Shown here one piece after another: positions 49,041-63,100 of a DNA stretch of 64,000 nucleotides. A program made the position numbers and the translations under genes. Position 1 is the first letter of the stretch. Each line of letters starts with the position of its first letter. Source of the stretch: Spizellomyces punctatus DAOM BR117 (lineage: Eukaryota); the NCBI GenBank assembly GCA_000182565.2, contig KQ257475.1. One strand, given 5' to 3'. The notes beneath the pieces were generated by a model. That model did no database searches and was not told the DNA's origin. It saw only the letters and a list, made by a program, of their open reading frames with translations.

Positions 49041-52000
49041 TTAGCACCACTGTTCACCCTCCATTTCATCAGAAGCTGCAGGTTGTTGATCTGCCTCTTC
49101 CTCATCCATGCAGTCGTCCTTGTCACCCTCCAAGTTTGGCGGCGCTGAGACATCTCCCTCGAGTCCATCGTCAGGATTGTCCAGATGATCGAGCGGTACT
49201 GAATCAACCGCATCCTCCCGCATCTTCTTGTCTTCGTCGTCGGACTCCTCGCCTTGTGTTCTCAACCGCGGCCCCAAACTAATTGACTCAGACAGAGCAA
49301 CGGATAAGTCGGCATTTTGCCCATGGCCACTCAACTGCTCTCTGTCAACATGGAGCCGATTTCCTTGTGAGTTCTCAATGGAGTGCGCTGATTTATTGGT
49401 AGCTGCTGTTCCATCAGACTCAACAGATCTTGAGGTATGCATTGCCTCCTCATGAACCAATTGGTCCTGACAGTCAGCAATGCCAAGACCATGAATTTCA
49501 CGGTTCCCATCCGGATTGGTTAACTGTACCGTAATTTCTTCCTGACGATCAACTACTGCTTCTTGGGATACTAATTGACGAGACCCTTCAGCAAAACTGA
49601 AGCCGCAATTGTATGTTTTCGTGAGTAGCATCGACGGCTCATGGAATGTAAAAACCCTGGGCTCCATTTCCTTGCTCATGTTGACGCCTGCGTCGACGTC
49701 TTCCGCCTCGGGGGAATCTTGTTCTTCATGTCCAATCCCCTCTTCGTCGACAGCAACGTTTGGAAGTTCAGTCGGACTTGATGTGAGTTCTGCGACCTCC
49801 GGGGTACCCAGTCCTTCATATTCAACCATCTGTTCCTCAGCAACAACAGTGTTTGGAATGTCATCTCCTATGATGGGTGACGCGACACTGCCAGCGCAAG
49901 TTGTCTGACTGTCAGCATAGTCACTAACTCGATTAGATGACGCATCGATATCTGAATGGCATTCGGTATCCTCTCCATGTTTGAAGGAAATTCGTTCCCG
50001 TGTTCCCATGTTTTCCTCAGCACCTGACTCTTCGTCTTCCATTTCGACCTTTAAACTAGCGCCCTCTATGGTGACGTGAATGATTCCACATTCTTTCTGA
50101 TTCGACCGGGTATCATCATGAGATATTTTGATCGGTGCGGATGAATCGCTAACTGTGCCGTCTGCGATGTCCATCACGTCGTTGTGATCTCCTTCCGGTG
50201 AGCCTTCCGGGGCCTTCTCAGAGTCCGATTGGTAGGGCTCCGTTACGCACTTGATGTCCTCCTGACGTCGCGTAAGACCATCGTCTCCTGCCAGTTCAGT
50301 ATCGCATATAGATGGCCCAGTGCTATTATTCTCAGGATTAGTAGAGGTTGTAGTCAAATCCGTACGTGGCAGCGCTTCAATCTCTACGTTGCAGGCCCTC
50401 GCTGGGAGAATGGTGTCTCTTTCGCAAGGCCCATCAGCATCCATCATCACTGCGGAATGGGCTTGAGATTGGGAGGAATTCTCAACCACCCCTGCACGGT
50501 GAGCACCATCTAGTGGGATATCATGCATTGCTTCAAATCCCGGCTGGGGCATGACGCTAGATGGTTCAGCACCCGAAGCCACCCGCTTCGCAGGATTCTC
50601 TTCCATAATACACCCTAATGATGGAACTACCACATTAGTTGACGGGCAGCTTTCGCTTCGCTGCTGACAAGTTGTATCCGTCTCGTGCTCAATCTGTGAG
50701 ACATAATCCACATCGGTGACATTGGAGTCAAGCTCTGCTTCATACGGAACAGAGGACACATCGTGCATTGCCCCCTCGCTGATTACAGGTAGCGTTTCAC
50801 ATTTGTCTTCCAAAGGCACATCCACGTCCATTGCCTCGTCACTATCGGCAACCGGTTCCATGCGATCGCGCATGCCAGTATCGTCTTGCCCTTCCTTGTG
50901 GACCTCTTGTTTTGCCGCCGCGATCCCCTTGACTTCCAGCTGGAAATCGTCAGATACCATCTTGCCGTCACAGTGATCTTGCGCATACTGATTTGAGTTA
51001 TCGACTGTGTCATTTCTGATAGGCATTGCCAACCCATCAGTCGTTGGACTCGAAACCAATTCCTGACCATCCTCTCCTTCATTTCTTAGCGCTGCACGTT
51101 CCGAAGGTTGCGAAGCTGCCGAGTTGGAAGTTGGATCTGGTCGCGAAGGGGTTGCTTCGGCATCGACAGTACAATGGTCATGCATCCCAGTCTTGCGTCT
51201 TTTCCTTGGTGATGGTGACTCATACGAGCTAACCTCCACAGATGGTTTGCTAATAGTGTCTGCAATGTCTCCTTCAATCGCTGGGCTGCTACCGGAAACC
51301 CCGTCCGTCTCAAATTCAGGTTGCAAAGTGGGTGCGCTGTCCTGCATTTCAGCTCGGATGTCTCTCGCTCGCTGCAACAGTTCTTGAATCGTAGGCGAAA
51401 AGTTCATATGACCAGTAGTCCCGGGATTTTCGTTATCGCTTTCTCTCCGACGCTTTTTGCCATCATGGTATCGCGTTTGTAAAATTGTTCTGACTGAATC
51501 GAGCATATCTGATTCAGAAAATGCAAGCTTGGCGGTATCACAGAAATCAATCCGGAGCTGATCTCGACTTTCCGAGGCAAAAGCATGACCAGTTTGGCGA
51601 GCGGTGGAAATCTCCGGTAACATGATGACAGAGGAAAGCAGCGGCATTTCAGGTGAAAACAGAAGCGTTCCCGGTGTTATCACATGCTCTTCAGCTCGTA
51701 GTTGCCGTGGTATGACTTGCGCTTCTTGTGGTGCCTCTTGTGGTGTGGTTTCTGCTTCTTCCAACTTTGCTGCAAATTGTTTACGTTCTTCCTGTGTTTC
51801 CCCCAGGTCAAAGAACATAACCGATGCATCTTTCTCAGCTCCAAGCAAGGACGCAAGACTGGTTACTGCCTCGGAGGCCAGTTTTAAAGGGACATGATGA
51901 CCACTGGTTGAGCGAGTTTTTTGATGCTGTATAGCTCCATGCAGCAGCTCTGCAGCTCGATCTCTGACGTTCCCTGTCGCCAGCCCTGAAGGTCGCCCAT

Positions 52001-53340
52001 CCATCGGGCCATTCAAGAGGTTTTCAACGCCGCCAAGAATGGAGCACGTCTTCTCAATGGATACCAAAGTGCTCCCAATCACTGAAGGTGTCATCAAAGA
52101 AGTGCTGAACCGCCAGAAACACGCGTTAGTCACGTCAACAGCGCCGGTGCACTGTGCGCTCTAATAGTCACACTTACACTCCATCAGAGACTAGTCCCAC
52201 AATCACGGAGCCATCTGACGTCTTTTCACAGATCTCCCGGATACAAAATTTATAGACAGACGTACGCTTTAACAATTGGTCTATCATATTAGGGTGGATG
52301 TATTAGGATTCAAGCAGACAGCTAAGGTAAGAAAAATGATCAGATTCGGGAGCTATGACTTACGTTTGTGCCCGAAACTTCCGACGCAGTTTGTTTTGAA
52401 GATAGCTGACAATGATCAGTGCCTCATTATTTAAATCCAGCAATAATAAATATATACCTACCATATGCACTATGCGGACTGCATACAATATATCGTGCAA
52501 TGCCGTTAGGGCCACATGCCCGCCGAATGCAATGTTGCATTCTCTCATGATCGCGTTCTATCAATCCCTCTCTTTCTGTGCTAAGATTCAGGGTATCGGG
52601 ACATGACGTAGGGGCACTAGTATCACCCTCATTACTCCATACTTTTAAAGGCTCTCCATTGCTTTTGTTAAAAAGCATCATGGAACAGTCACCTGGTGAC
52701 GATCAGATATTCAGCGCTGGTGTTTCAGATCTGTGAAGCTTGTTCACTCACCGATATTGCAGAGCCATATATCACCGTCAATGAGAATAGCAAGGGCCAA
52801 GCTGGCACCACAATTCTCCGCCAAAACAGCATCCCTGACTTGTAGCTCATTATCTAGCTCTTGGTGCAGTGTGTCCAACCGCCTTGTAAGTTCAAGAGCA
52901 TAGGTGTCGGACCCACATTCCGAAATTAGACTCCTGATTATCCGCCCCAGTACAGTCACCAGTACATTGCCAAGAAGAGCCAAGAATTGTTGTCCTGGGC
53001 TCCCGCGCCAAGTTTCGAGCGCTTTTTTGGACAGAGGAGGAACAAAGCCAGGTCCATGTGCGTCCATCAACGCAACGCATGTAGCAGAAGTACTCTGTCT
53101 TGTATCATTCTCCTTCACGGGCAGTTCGATAGTAAAGGTTTTGTATCCATCCTCGTTGAGAGATAGAGTTCTATGGCCGCGAGGAAGTTGAATTACTTGG
53201 GACGGACCAGGGATTGAAGCGAAAAATGTGCGTGGACGAGAGCATGGCGCGGCGTGAGGTGCCTGAAGCTGCTTCATAGACAGGCATGAACTGACTAAGG
53301 ACTCCTCATTTTGGACCGCCGGTTGCTCATCGGTCGTCAT
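49041..53340 (-). CDS. PP2C/PPM-like phosphatase domain fused to a very long acidic disordered tail
   Basis: NEDG, DAHG, GASLALAILIDGDIWLCNIGD, GSFGH, VSDGV recovered across short exons; final exon about 1020 codons. Confidence 0.7.
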
Positions 53341-54136
53341 GCTGTGCCAGTGTGCTTGCGATCGCCAGCGTTTGTAGAATGGGAAGGTCGGGCAAGTTGA
53401 CAAGCTCAAGAGTTGATAAACCCATTTTAGGATAAATGAAATAGATGTCACGGGGTTGTTCGGACTTCATCAAACCGGACATGAAGCTTGGATCTGAGCT
53501 TTGGATGGGTAATGTGCCCCAACCACCTGCTAGCCATCACACTAGTCCTTGTGCCAAACTCTTGATGATCCTTGTAGTTAAACCTGTACTTTTGTTGTCA
53601 GGAACAAATTCCAACTCAAAAACCTTTTTCGAATATCAACAAGGCAAAAATAAATGCAATTGGCAGCACGCAGCAGTTTTAGCGGTATTCTCTTGCCGTA
53701 TTGTTGTTTCAATTTGGCGAGATTTGCAATCCAAGGAGTTCGTTGTAGGCACCACATATATGTAAGCGTCCTTTCGTTGATATCATGGAAGAAAGATAGA
53801 CTGAGATGGGGCAGCGAGGGCGTGTGCTTTTTGTAGACTGAGGTACTAATATGAACTTCTTATTCCTGCCGTCATGGTGAAATAAGCGAACCATGATGCT
53901 GCCTTGCCTATTTGCATATAGAGAAAATGCTACAAGTAGTCTATGGTGTGCGGATACCACCGTATGTCACTACCATTGGACTGGCTCTGGTCGACTGAAA
54001 TGTGGACAACATAAAGGGAAGCCAAGTATGGCACTTCTGTGATTAAACATGGATAATATGTTTAAAGGTTATATCTACAATGTGTAAGAACGCGATGCAT
54101 GTAAATGTAGGAGGAGGATTAGCGAAACAAACAGCT

Positions 54137-57100
54137 CTATCGTGGTGTTGAGCTTCGGGGAGTTGTCGACGGGGAGAGCGATAGCGATAGCCGACTCTCG
54201 GACTGTGAACTATGCAGAGACCTGCTCGCATGTGGGGCCTAAATGCAATGATGTTACGCTCAATGTCATCGCACAACGGGAGAAAGATTGTTAAGGCATA
54301 CCGTGCTGGGAATGAAGCTGCTACTAGGCCGGCTAGTAGATGAGCGGGCGAGAGTTAAGGGTGGTGGGGTTATTGCCCGGAGGACTGGCGAAATCAGGTT
54401 ACTAGGTGGACCTTTACACATTCATTACGTGGGGGATAACCTACCACTGGGCACCATGACGTCCATGCCTGATCCTGCGGGTGAAGTTAAGCGATTTGCC
54501 AGTGAAGTGGATTGCCTGGGCGATGAGGCGGATTGCGCTTCAACAAATCTTGATACCGGACGATACCCACGAGCAGACAAACTTGGCCTGTCCCTTTCTC
54601 GTTCCCGATCTACGTCGGTGCCCAGATATAGAGCGGGAGAACTCGCTCTTCCACCATTGAGTTCATGGTCCGATCCCACCCAGCTACTGGGTGGGGGAGG
54701 TGGAGTGGATGTAGATGATCGGCGTCCAGGTTCACCAAAGCCGGTTGGGATTTGTGGAGGTCTTGGGGACACGGTACTCTCGGCTGACGATGGGCGTGAA
54801 CCGAGGTCAACACCATAGATATTTCCTTTTCCACTAGCTCGGTGCTCCACCGTCTCTCTTCTTCGCCCTCCAGGAGGCGCACTCTGAGAAGCCCTCATTC
54901 GAGCTCGTTTCCTTTCCGCTGCGTCCGTGTCGTCGATGCCTTCCTTGAAAACTGTCTCATCCTCCCACATGACACTTTTCCTGACTTGCTTGGTTTCTGA
55001 TTCCTCTACTGTGGTGGCATCATCTGGAATCTGGATACCACACTCAGCGAGCGTGTGTCTTAATGCCTTGTTTTGCATTGCCAGCCAATTTATTTTCTGC
55101 ACCAAGTGGTCATTAATGTCCTTTTCCATCTTGTCTCCGGGCGCAGAAAGGGTTTCCTCCTCTACAGTAGGAGAATCCTTGTAATCGCTATATGGACCGA
55201 GTCCTTTTCGTCGAGAGGCAACCGCCTTTATGACCATTACCGGGCGAGCCAGTCGGGCAGATACAGCTCTACGCCGATGTTCTGCAGACTGGTGCTGCTT
55301 TCCAACCATACCACCTGCCATCCCACCATTTTTGCGACGTTCCTCAATCATCTGCTCCAGTAATCGTGTTTTCTCACTCAGTTCTTGTAAGATGGCATCA
55401 ATACTCAACGATTCGTAGCGCTGAAGCCGTTCTTGAAGCTCATTTATGCGAGCAGATTCTGAATCTCCGTATCGCCGTCCACCTGCGGAGGCGGCTCGAT
55501 CTTTGATTGGGGTGAGCTGCCGCACACGTTGTTGCTAGATAATTACCATGAGAATCATGCTGTACATGAGATGCCTATGAACGTCTTTGCAAACCGCTTA
55601 CCTCCTCTCGCAGCTGCCGTTGAAGGGTTTCATTTTCAGATTCCCTCATACTTAGCATCTGTGAAGCGCGTTGGTGAGCGGATTGAATCGTGGCCGTTCA
55701 TGTTTATGCAACCACCACCTTTTGAGCCTTTGTGAGCTGCTTCCTCAAAATTCGCTCTCTGGCTTCAGCCTCCCTGTAGCTGTCCCAAAGCTTTTCTTCC
55801 GCAGCTTTATTTTCTTCCGTTAGCTTGCGCGTCTAGAATAAGTGTAAAGTAAGAACACCCCGATCCTCGAAATGAAAGTTCACATTATGTACCAACCTTC
55901 TTTTCATACATGGAGCGCAAAGACTGCTCTTTGATCACATACATTGACCGGACTTTTAGCAGCTATTTAATGGTAAGGTGAGGTGAGCGGAAGATACACA
56001 TTGCAACTGTAATTGCCAGCGCGTACCGTCATTTTGAGTTCATGGTTCTCCTGTCGCAAGTCTTGGGCTTCTTCCTCATGTTTAATCATCCACCGCGCGC
56101 TGTCCTTCATATTTTGCGGCATTTCCCTGTTGTCAACCACCACTTGCAATTCTTCCTTTTTTGCTTCACCCATGATATTCATGACCTCTTGGAAGGTGTT
56201 GACCCGGTACTCTGAGAATCGGTTTCTGAGCACGTTGATCTCCATAACGAGCTCCTGGACAAGGTCGTCATATTCGTCAAGAATTCGGTTCCGGATCTTC
56301 CGTTCATCGATTCGGCGATGCTTTCGTAGTTCCGTTAGTTCCACTGAGGTAGTTGCGAAGTCAGCGTGAAGCTCGGAGCATAGATGAAACGCTAGAAGGC
56401 GGACATCTCGTTTGTAGTTCTAAACCAAAGCAAAAGTTAAAGTCAGCCCGGCCTAGTATTAAATGATTTTATCGTTGCGATCTTTAGAGTACCTCCAACA
56501 GCTCTTTCTTCTCCTGAGCCATAAACCTGATCACTTTCTCTCCATTCTTTATCATTTCCAGCATACGACCCATCAAAGTTCCCATAAAGTGGTCTTGCTC
56601 CCCACGTCGCTTTTCCTGCCATTTGGTTAGCTGCAAGGCCAACCTCGTAATCTGCATGATTTGGAATATAAATGAGGAGTCCAACCACTGGTGAAATACT
56701 GTTGACCTACCGTTTGGCTCAGTAGTTCTTTGGTACACGCGAAGACACGGGAATCATCCAACGCCGCCTGTGCCAATGCCGTCGCTCCTGTAGCCTGAGC
56801 GCCCTTCGATTTGGAGCCTTTCTGAAGCTCTTGCACTTCTCTCATCTGATATCATCGTGAGCTTTCGATATACACTGGTAGAGAAATGGAAGAAGTACTC
56901 ACAAAGGTTGCATTGGCCTTCCACAAGTCTCGCACGAATTCATTCACCATTCCCGTTTTTGCAGTATAATCCTCCTCACTCATTCGAAAGGCGAAGCCCT
57001 TCTCCCCTGTCGGAGCAGGCACATCAATACTTTCGTAAACCTTGAACAATCGACCGGTCCGCTCGTCCGCCAATCTGTCGTGGTAGGAACGTGCTTGACG

Positions 57101-60100
57101 GAGGAGCTGGAATGTGTACTCTCGGAGAAGCTCCGTTTGGAGAATGGTTGTTTGGCATTTATCAAAGGACTGCATTGAACCCAGTCAGTACGTTTCCAAA
57201 AAGAAAAGTAATTGATTCCGTCATACCGCTTGCGCGATGCGGTTAAAGTCAAAATCCACAGTTGCAGTGACCATTTCGTCGCGGAGTAATAGAGCTGTTG
57301 TCGGAGACGAACTCAGCTACGTCTTATAATTAGCAGTTTTCTCATCCCGGCAAGAACTTACGAATGCTTGCATTTCCCTTTGCTCCAATTCTGTGATACA
57401 ACCTGACCGCCGGGACGAGGATCCTCATCTTATATGTTCTAAAGAATTCTCCTAGTTGTTCCTCTGTCTGAAGTCAACCTATCAGTAAACTCATTCGGAC
57501 CACGAGAGATAAAGAAGCCCACTACCTTAATACCATCCGGCAATAAAACTCTTAAATAAGTCCGTCGCAGAGCCAAAAGCTTTAAGCCGGTCAGCAGAAA
57601 ATCGCTTTGCATTTTATTCACTTCCTCGGCGTTTTCTCCAAAGTTCAGTAATGTGGCCTGAAAGAATTCGTCCAGGCACTCTTCCAGATCCAATACTTTT
57701 TTGTCGCAGACTCGTTTTGTTTTATCGTCAAGTGTAATAAAAATGTACGGGCTTGGATAGGGCGTGCGACGAAGGGATATATCTACCTGTAAACAAGCCA
57801 GCAATGTGAGCCCTTCGTACTGTTTCTACAAGTACGCTCTGTTATATACCCGCGATATCGCCGCTAGGACTTTAAAAGACGGTTGCTCGACAAGATTGAC
57901 CAGATTCAAAATCCGGTCATGATGAGAAAGTAGGACACCGTGTGCCTCTGGTCGCTAAAATAGATACAGTTTTGTCTTTCAGCAGGTATTTTTCTCTTTT
58001 CAAAAGTACTCAACAAGCTACCCACAAGATTCATTCCAATTGTATACATCGAGCTGGCCAAAGCCAACCGCAATTTCAGAATCCAAAGTTGCCATTTTGA
58101 TAGCAAGTATGTCTCAATCCTCGTAAACTCCGCCTGGGGTCCTTGATAAGACAAGTCCTTTTTGAAAGCATTGATTGCATTTACAACATAATCTGCCTCC
58201 CTAACTTGCCGCACTGTGCGCAAACAATCAGATAAGGGTAGCCGCGAGGAATAGCATACAAGTCGCATGTTTACCTTGCGCTGCATATCGCCGATTATCC
58301 TGCAACAGATGCGCAAAGACACCGACAAAGAGGAAGAGGTCGAAAATGGTAGATTGTATGGAAAGAGCTCGTCGAAAGATTTGTGCGTTGCGATAGACTT
58401 TCTGAGAAAGCTCGATTGTTCCTTTAATGGCCTTTTCTGATTGATTTGGGATCATCTGAAATAGAAATTCATGAAAATGTGTCTGCAGGAGGGCGCTGGC
58501 GGTAAGCTTACAATGATTTCCGTCAAATAAGGTAAATGCCACAGTTTGCAAATCTTCTCCGTCCCCGTCAAGTCTGTATGGACAACGTCCTGAATTTGTA
58601 CGGTTTCCATGCTGAGTTTAGCTGGATCGATCTCTGCTTCTGCTGTCCCCTTCTCCTGGTCTGTTTAGCATGCGCCGTTCAGTTTGCTAGGCATTGGGCT
58701 AAACATTCATTCTCAACGGATGAAGACTCACTTGCAAAGAAATCAAAGTGTCTCTTTACTTTAGATGTACGGAAGAGTAGTTTCCCGTACGTCGTGCTGA
58801 GGACAGTGTTGCGGAATTCATTTATGGACTTTGCGTATTCTGCTCGCTCGCATTCTTCGAGAGCAATTTCAACCATATTGGAGAAGTACCATTCGATCAA
58901 AGAATGCTAAAAGATAACTTGAGTAAAATAGCTTGTATAATGTACACAGGAGGATGTAATATGGTACCTTGGTGTCCACCATTGCTGCTTCGCGTTCTTC
59001 ATCAGAAAAATCGGGGCGCGTGTGTATCTTGTACCTACATAAGGTACCTCAGTTATTGCGATATATATGACATTTTCATGCGTTGATACGTACAATCGTC
59101 CATACTCTGATAGCAGTATCTTGCGCAGGGCTTTCTTCTTTGGCACAACTGTGGTTACCAACAGTCTATAATCGACATCAAAGCCTTGTTGGGCGGCATC
59201 AGCATTGTTGTATCGTTGTGGTGAGCGCCGACCGGACGCAGGGGTCTGTAATTCAGTTTATGATGCGTTCAATTTTCTCATCAATCTCTTCAGTACTAAA
59301 GGCATACCTTTGCTTTTTCAACTTTCACTGCTTCCCCCTCAAATAGGAGTTTGGCATGCAACTCTCCCAAGAGCATGTCATGCATCTCGACCGCACCCAT
59401 ATGCCAATTCTTCTCTACCAATTGAACTTTTAAACTTGTCCGAAGTTGCTTGATGCCATCAGGTTTCATCGCTGTCTGTATCCCCGGCAGGCTCGCCAGG
59501 TCGAAGGCGCCTTTAGCTGTCGTGGTCGTGGTAGCGGTGCCTATCGTGTCGTCGAGTTCAACAATAGCCAAGGGTCCGAAACGAAGTAAAGACATGGAGG
59601 ATTGCCAAGTGGCGTCTCCACGATCGTCTTCGCTGTCCTGCGAGCTTCCTGTCGGCATACTGTGGCCATTATCATGCTTATCAGCATATTCTTCTTCATA
59701 ATCATCCTAGATCATCATTGAAGTCAATCGCGGGTCTCCCCTGACGAACTAAAGTCAAGTATATCACCTCAACAGCTGTATTATCCGCCATATCTGGCGA
59801 ATCAAATCGGAGTGAATTCAGTCTCCCGGTGAACGCAGCTTTATTGACTCCCATCTGAGGAAACTGCAATTCGTAAATCTTCCTCAAATACTCTGTTACG
59901 CAAAGATGAGTCTAAACAGACTCCAGCCAACTGAAACTACTACCATATCTTACCCGTTCCCAGCCAAGCAAAGTATAGCCGCTCTCTCATGACCAATAAT
60001 TTCACGAACCGTTGGCATATCTCCAGCCCCTTATTTTTAAACCCTGTATCCGTAAATGGCGTTAAAGCGGCCGCATAGATACTCAGCCCTTTATCTCGTT

Positions 60101-63100
60101 CGTTGGTTTCGTATGGGGTATAATGGTCCGTGAGTAATATGTCAGGTAAGAGGGGATTCTCCAGCCAAGTTTCTGCGTCGAGTTGCCCTATGAGACGTTT
60201 TCCACGAAGTTGAGGGATTTTGAAAGAATGGTCCGAAAGGCATTGCCAAGTGTGCTGTAAATGATGGTCAAGTCAACAGCCAATTTCATCATTGTACTCT
60301 GATAACTTACATAAAGCGATTTCCAAACAGTGCATTCAACAACCTGCCGGTTGAAAGACTGCGTGATCCTCCCATTGCTTTTATCCAGGCCCATCGTTTT
60401 TCCCTGCACTAAAAGCCCTTCGATAACTCTTCCCATCTCATTGCACGCAGTCTTTGCCGCATCATAGACATCAATTATGATATCCATTGTTGGAATCATT
60501 TCCGTCATGTTAACAATGACGCCGGCGTGATGCATCGTGACAGTTTGCTTTTCATTTTCTAACGCCATTTTAGTATGAATAACGATCTTTCAAAGGAAGC
60601 ACCTTAAACTAACCATCCAGCAAAGGCAATCCAGCCACTACCGGACTCTCTATTGGCCTTTTTATTCCAAATCCCATCGTCTCGGGTATGGCAACATCGT
60701 CCGCACTGTCGCTTGCATCGCTTTCCCGCGCAGCTGTCGGATCAACGCGGGCAAAATATCGTTTGACCCATTCCCGATATCTCTCAACACCGTCTTTTAT
60801 CATCGGGAGAACGGTTTGAGCGTGAATTTGCAGCATTTTTGTCGCAACCGCGTAAAAGCGAGAAAAGTAGGGCGACTAGGTAGATTTGTTTTAAGTCAGA
60901 TGTGAATGAACAATATGTCCTGGATAACACTTACACTGAAATCGAAATTGGGACGAATATGCATCAAGTCTGTAATAATTTGCGCTATACGCTGGATGCG
61001 GCATGGATCACGAGTGTGTTCATATACCTCCATATACGCATTAACGAGCTGTAGATGCGTTCCATTAGCTGATTGTCCACAAGTGGGTACATGAACAAGG
61101 ATCTTTCTCACCTCCATCTTTGCAAATTGAAATTTAACCTCATGGTCATACAGTTCCAATAAAAGTTGAGCACGGTCGAGGTTAGGGCTCCGGAAGGTAT
61201 AGCTGCCTTCCAAAAAGTCCGCTAATCCATAGTGTACGAGTCTTAATGCGCTTGTTGAGACGCTTGAAGGAAGATGTGAACGAACCTTTCCGCTCAGACA
61301 TTTTAAACCGCATCTCATCTTCATATTTTCGATCAGATTCTATGCCACTATCTGTTGGTTCGGGTGTGGACTGCCTGCCCTCATCGACTGGGCCGTAATT
61401 AATGTATAAGGTTGCTGCTTTCAAAAGTGTTGTTTCGAGTGTCTTTAGATCATCCACCGCAACATCTGCCACAAGGCGCTTTGCTTGATCAACGCTGGTC
61501 ACAGCAAACAGTTGAAAGATGACAAACCCAGCTCACCGTAAACAAAAGGAATCCCGCGATGATCCCTTATTATCACCACACCGTCAACAAGTCCCCTAAT
61601 ATCTTCAGTTCCACTTCCATCCTTTTCATTGGGACCACGTCCACTCCCACTGGCAGCACTATTCGGTCGCTCGCTAGATGCATCTGGCATGTCAAACAGC
61701 TCCTGTTGATGCCACATGTGCGTGATCAAAGCTGCTGTGGCCAGTACGTTCGGGCGCTCTTTTTCTCCCTTGGCAGAGTCTGTCACCTCAACCTTAACCC
61801 GAGCCTTGGTCTTTTTCCAATCAAGGTTAATACGTTTCTCAATTGAGCGGAAGAAATTGAGTTGAGAGAGCAATGATGTACGAAGATCCCTGAGGCGAAT
61901 ATGTCGAAGTTGGAGGAAAGAAAATATTTCATGTTCGGAAAAAAGGGTAGATATCGTGGGATCGCCATCTGTTCGTTTGGAGTCCGTCCCAGTGATTTCC
62001 TGTTCGACTTTGCGCATTTCTACATTGGAGCGCAAGATAAGGCCAAACGCATGTTTCTTTCCGTCCAATACCCGGAAATCTTTTGGTAGCTCCATATCTC
62101 TCGGGTCAGGAACCTTCATTCCCAATTCGAATGGCTTTCCTCCTGCTATTGTCCCTCCAGATGCGAGGGCGGGCATAGTCATTCCATCGCCAGCGTGGTT
62201 CTCTTGGAGTTGATCGGACTGTTGTTGTGGCTCATGGGCAGATGAAGGACGGGACAATGTAACTCCAGGAGAGGACTGACTGGTCGATGAAGTTTCGAAA
62301 ACTCGTCGTGCGGCTTCACGTAGCCGACTCACAACAGATTCCAAATCGTTTGAAGCTATCAAATCATGTTCGTACCGTAGCTCAAAGTCCACGTCTCTAC
62401 GCTATAACATGGATTCGACTCATGTCAGCTGGACTGTAGAATGATCTGGGGCATATCAAACCTACCTGGCGCAGAAAATCAAACTGGGATTCTTGCCACC
62501 CTTCAAACTCTGGATAAAACGCCACGTCGCGGATCCAGTCGGCATATCGCAACCGGGGAGCATTTGGGTCTAAAGCAATTCGGAGATGTGATTATCATGT
62601 TTTCCCGGATACAGACGACATAATTTGGTGCATACTTTTGAATCCTGGATGTAAATTCAATCCCGCCAAAGCCGCAAGCGAAGCCTTTGAATCGTGTACA
62701 GACGCAGACCCTTGTTGCGCACTCGGCAATCCAGCGGGTGCTGCACTTCCCACCCTCTGCTCAGATGGAGCAGTTTCACCATCAGAAATGATGCCAATAA
62801 CATCATACGGTGGGAAAGATATCTCGGCTGTTTGCCGCCGAAAGGCTTCAGAAAACTTTGAATCTACTTCGTACGCAAATGGCCGGCCATCTTCGCGCGA
62901 GATGGGGGTTTCGAGGTTCCAGTACGCAACGAGTAGATCGAATTCGGTCAGAAAGTCTTCAATTCGCGGAGTCTTGACGGGCGGGTTTTCAATATAACTA
63001 GTGTCAAATGAAAAGCAAATCAACGAGCCGCTCAGTCAGACCAATCTCCTCTGATCGCAATGCTTAACCCTACTTGTTTATGCCCTCCAAAATATTCAAG

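Noticed and set aside
60180-60310. Apparent in-frame TAG in the giant gene
   Set aside because: An upstream intron shifts to a frame (HTWQCLSDH...IGQLDAE) that reads through without a stop.
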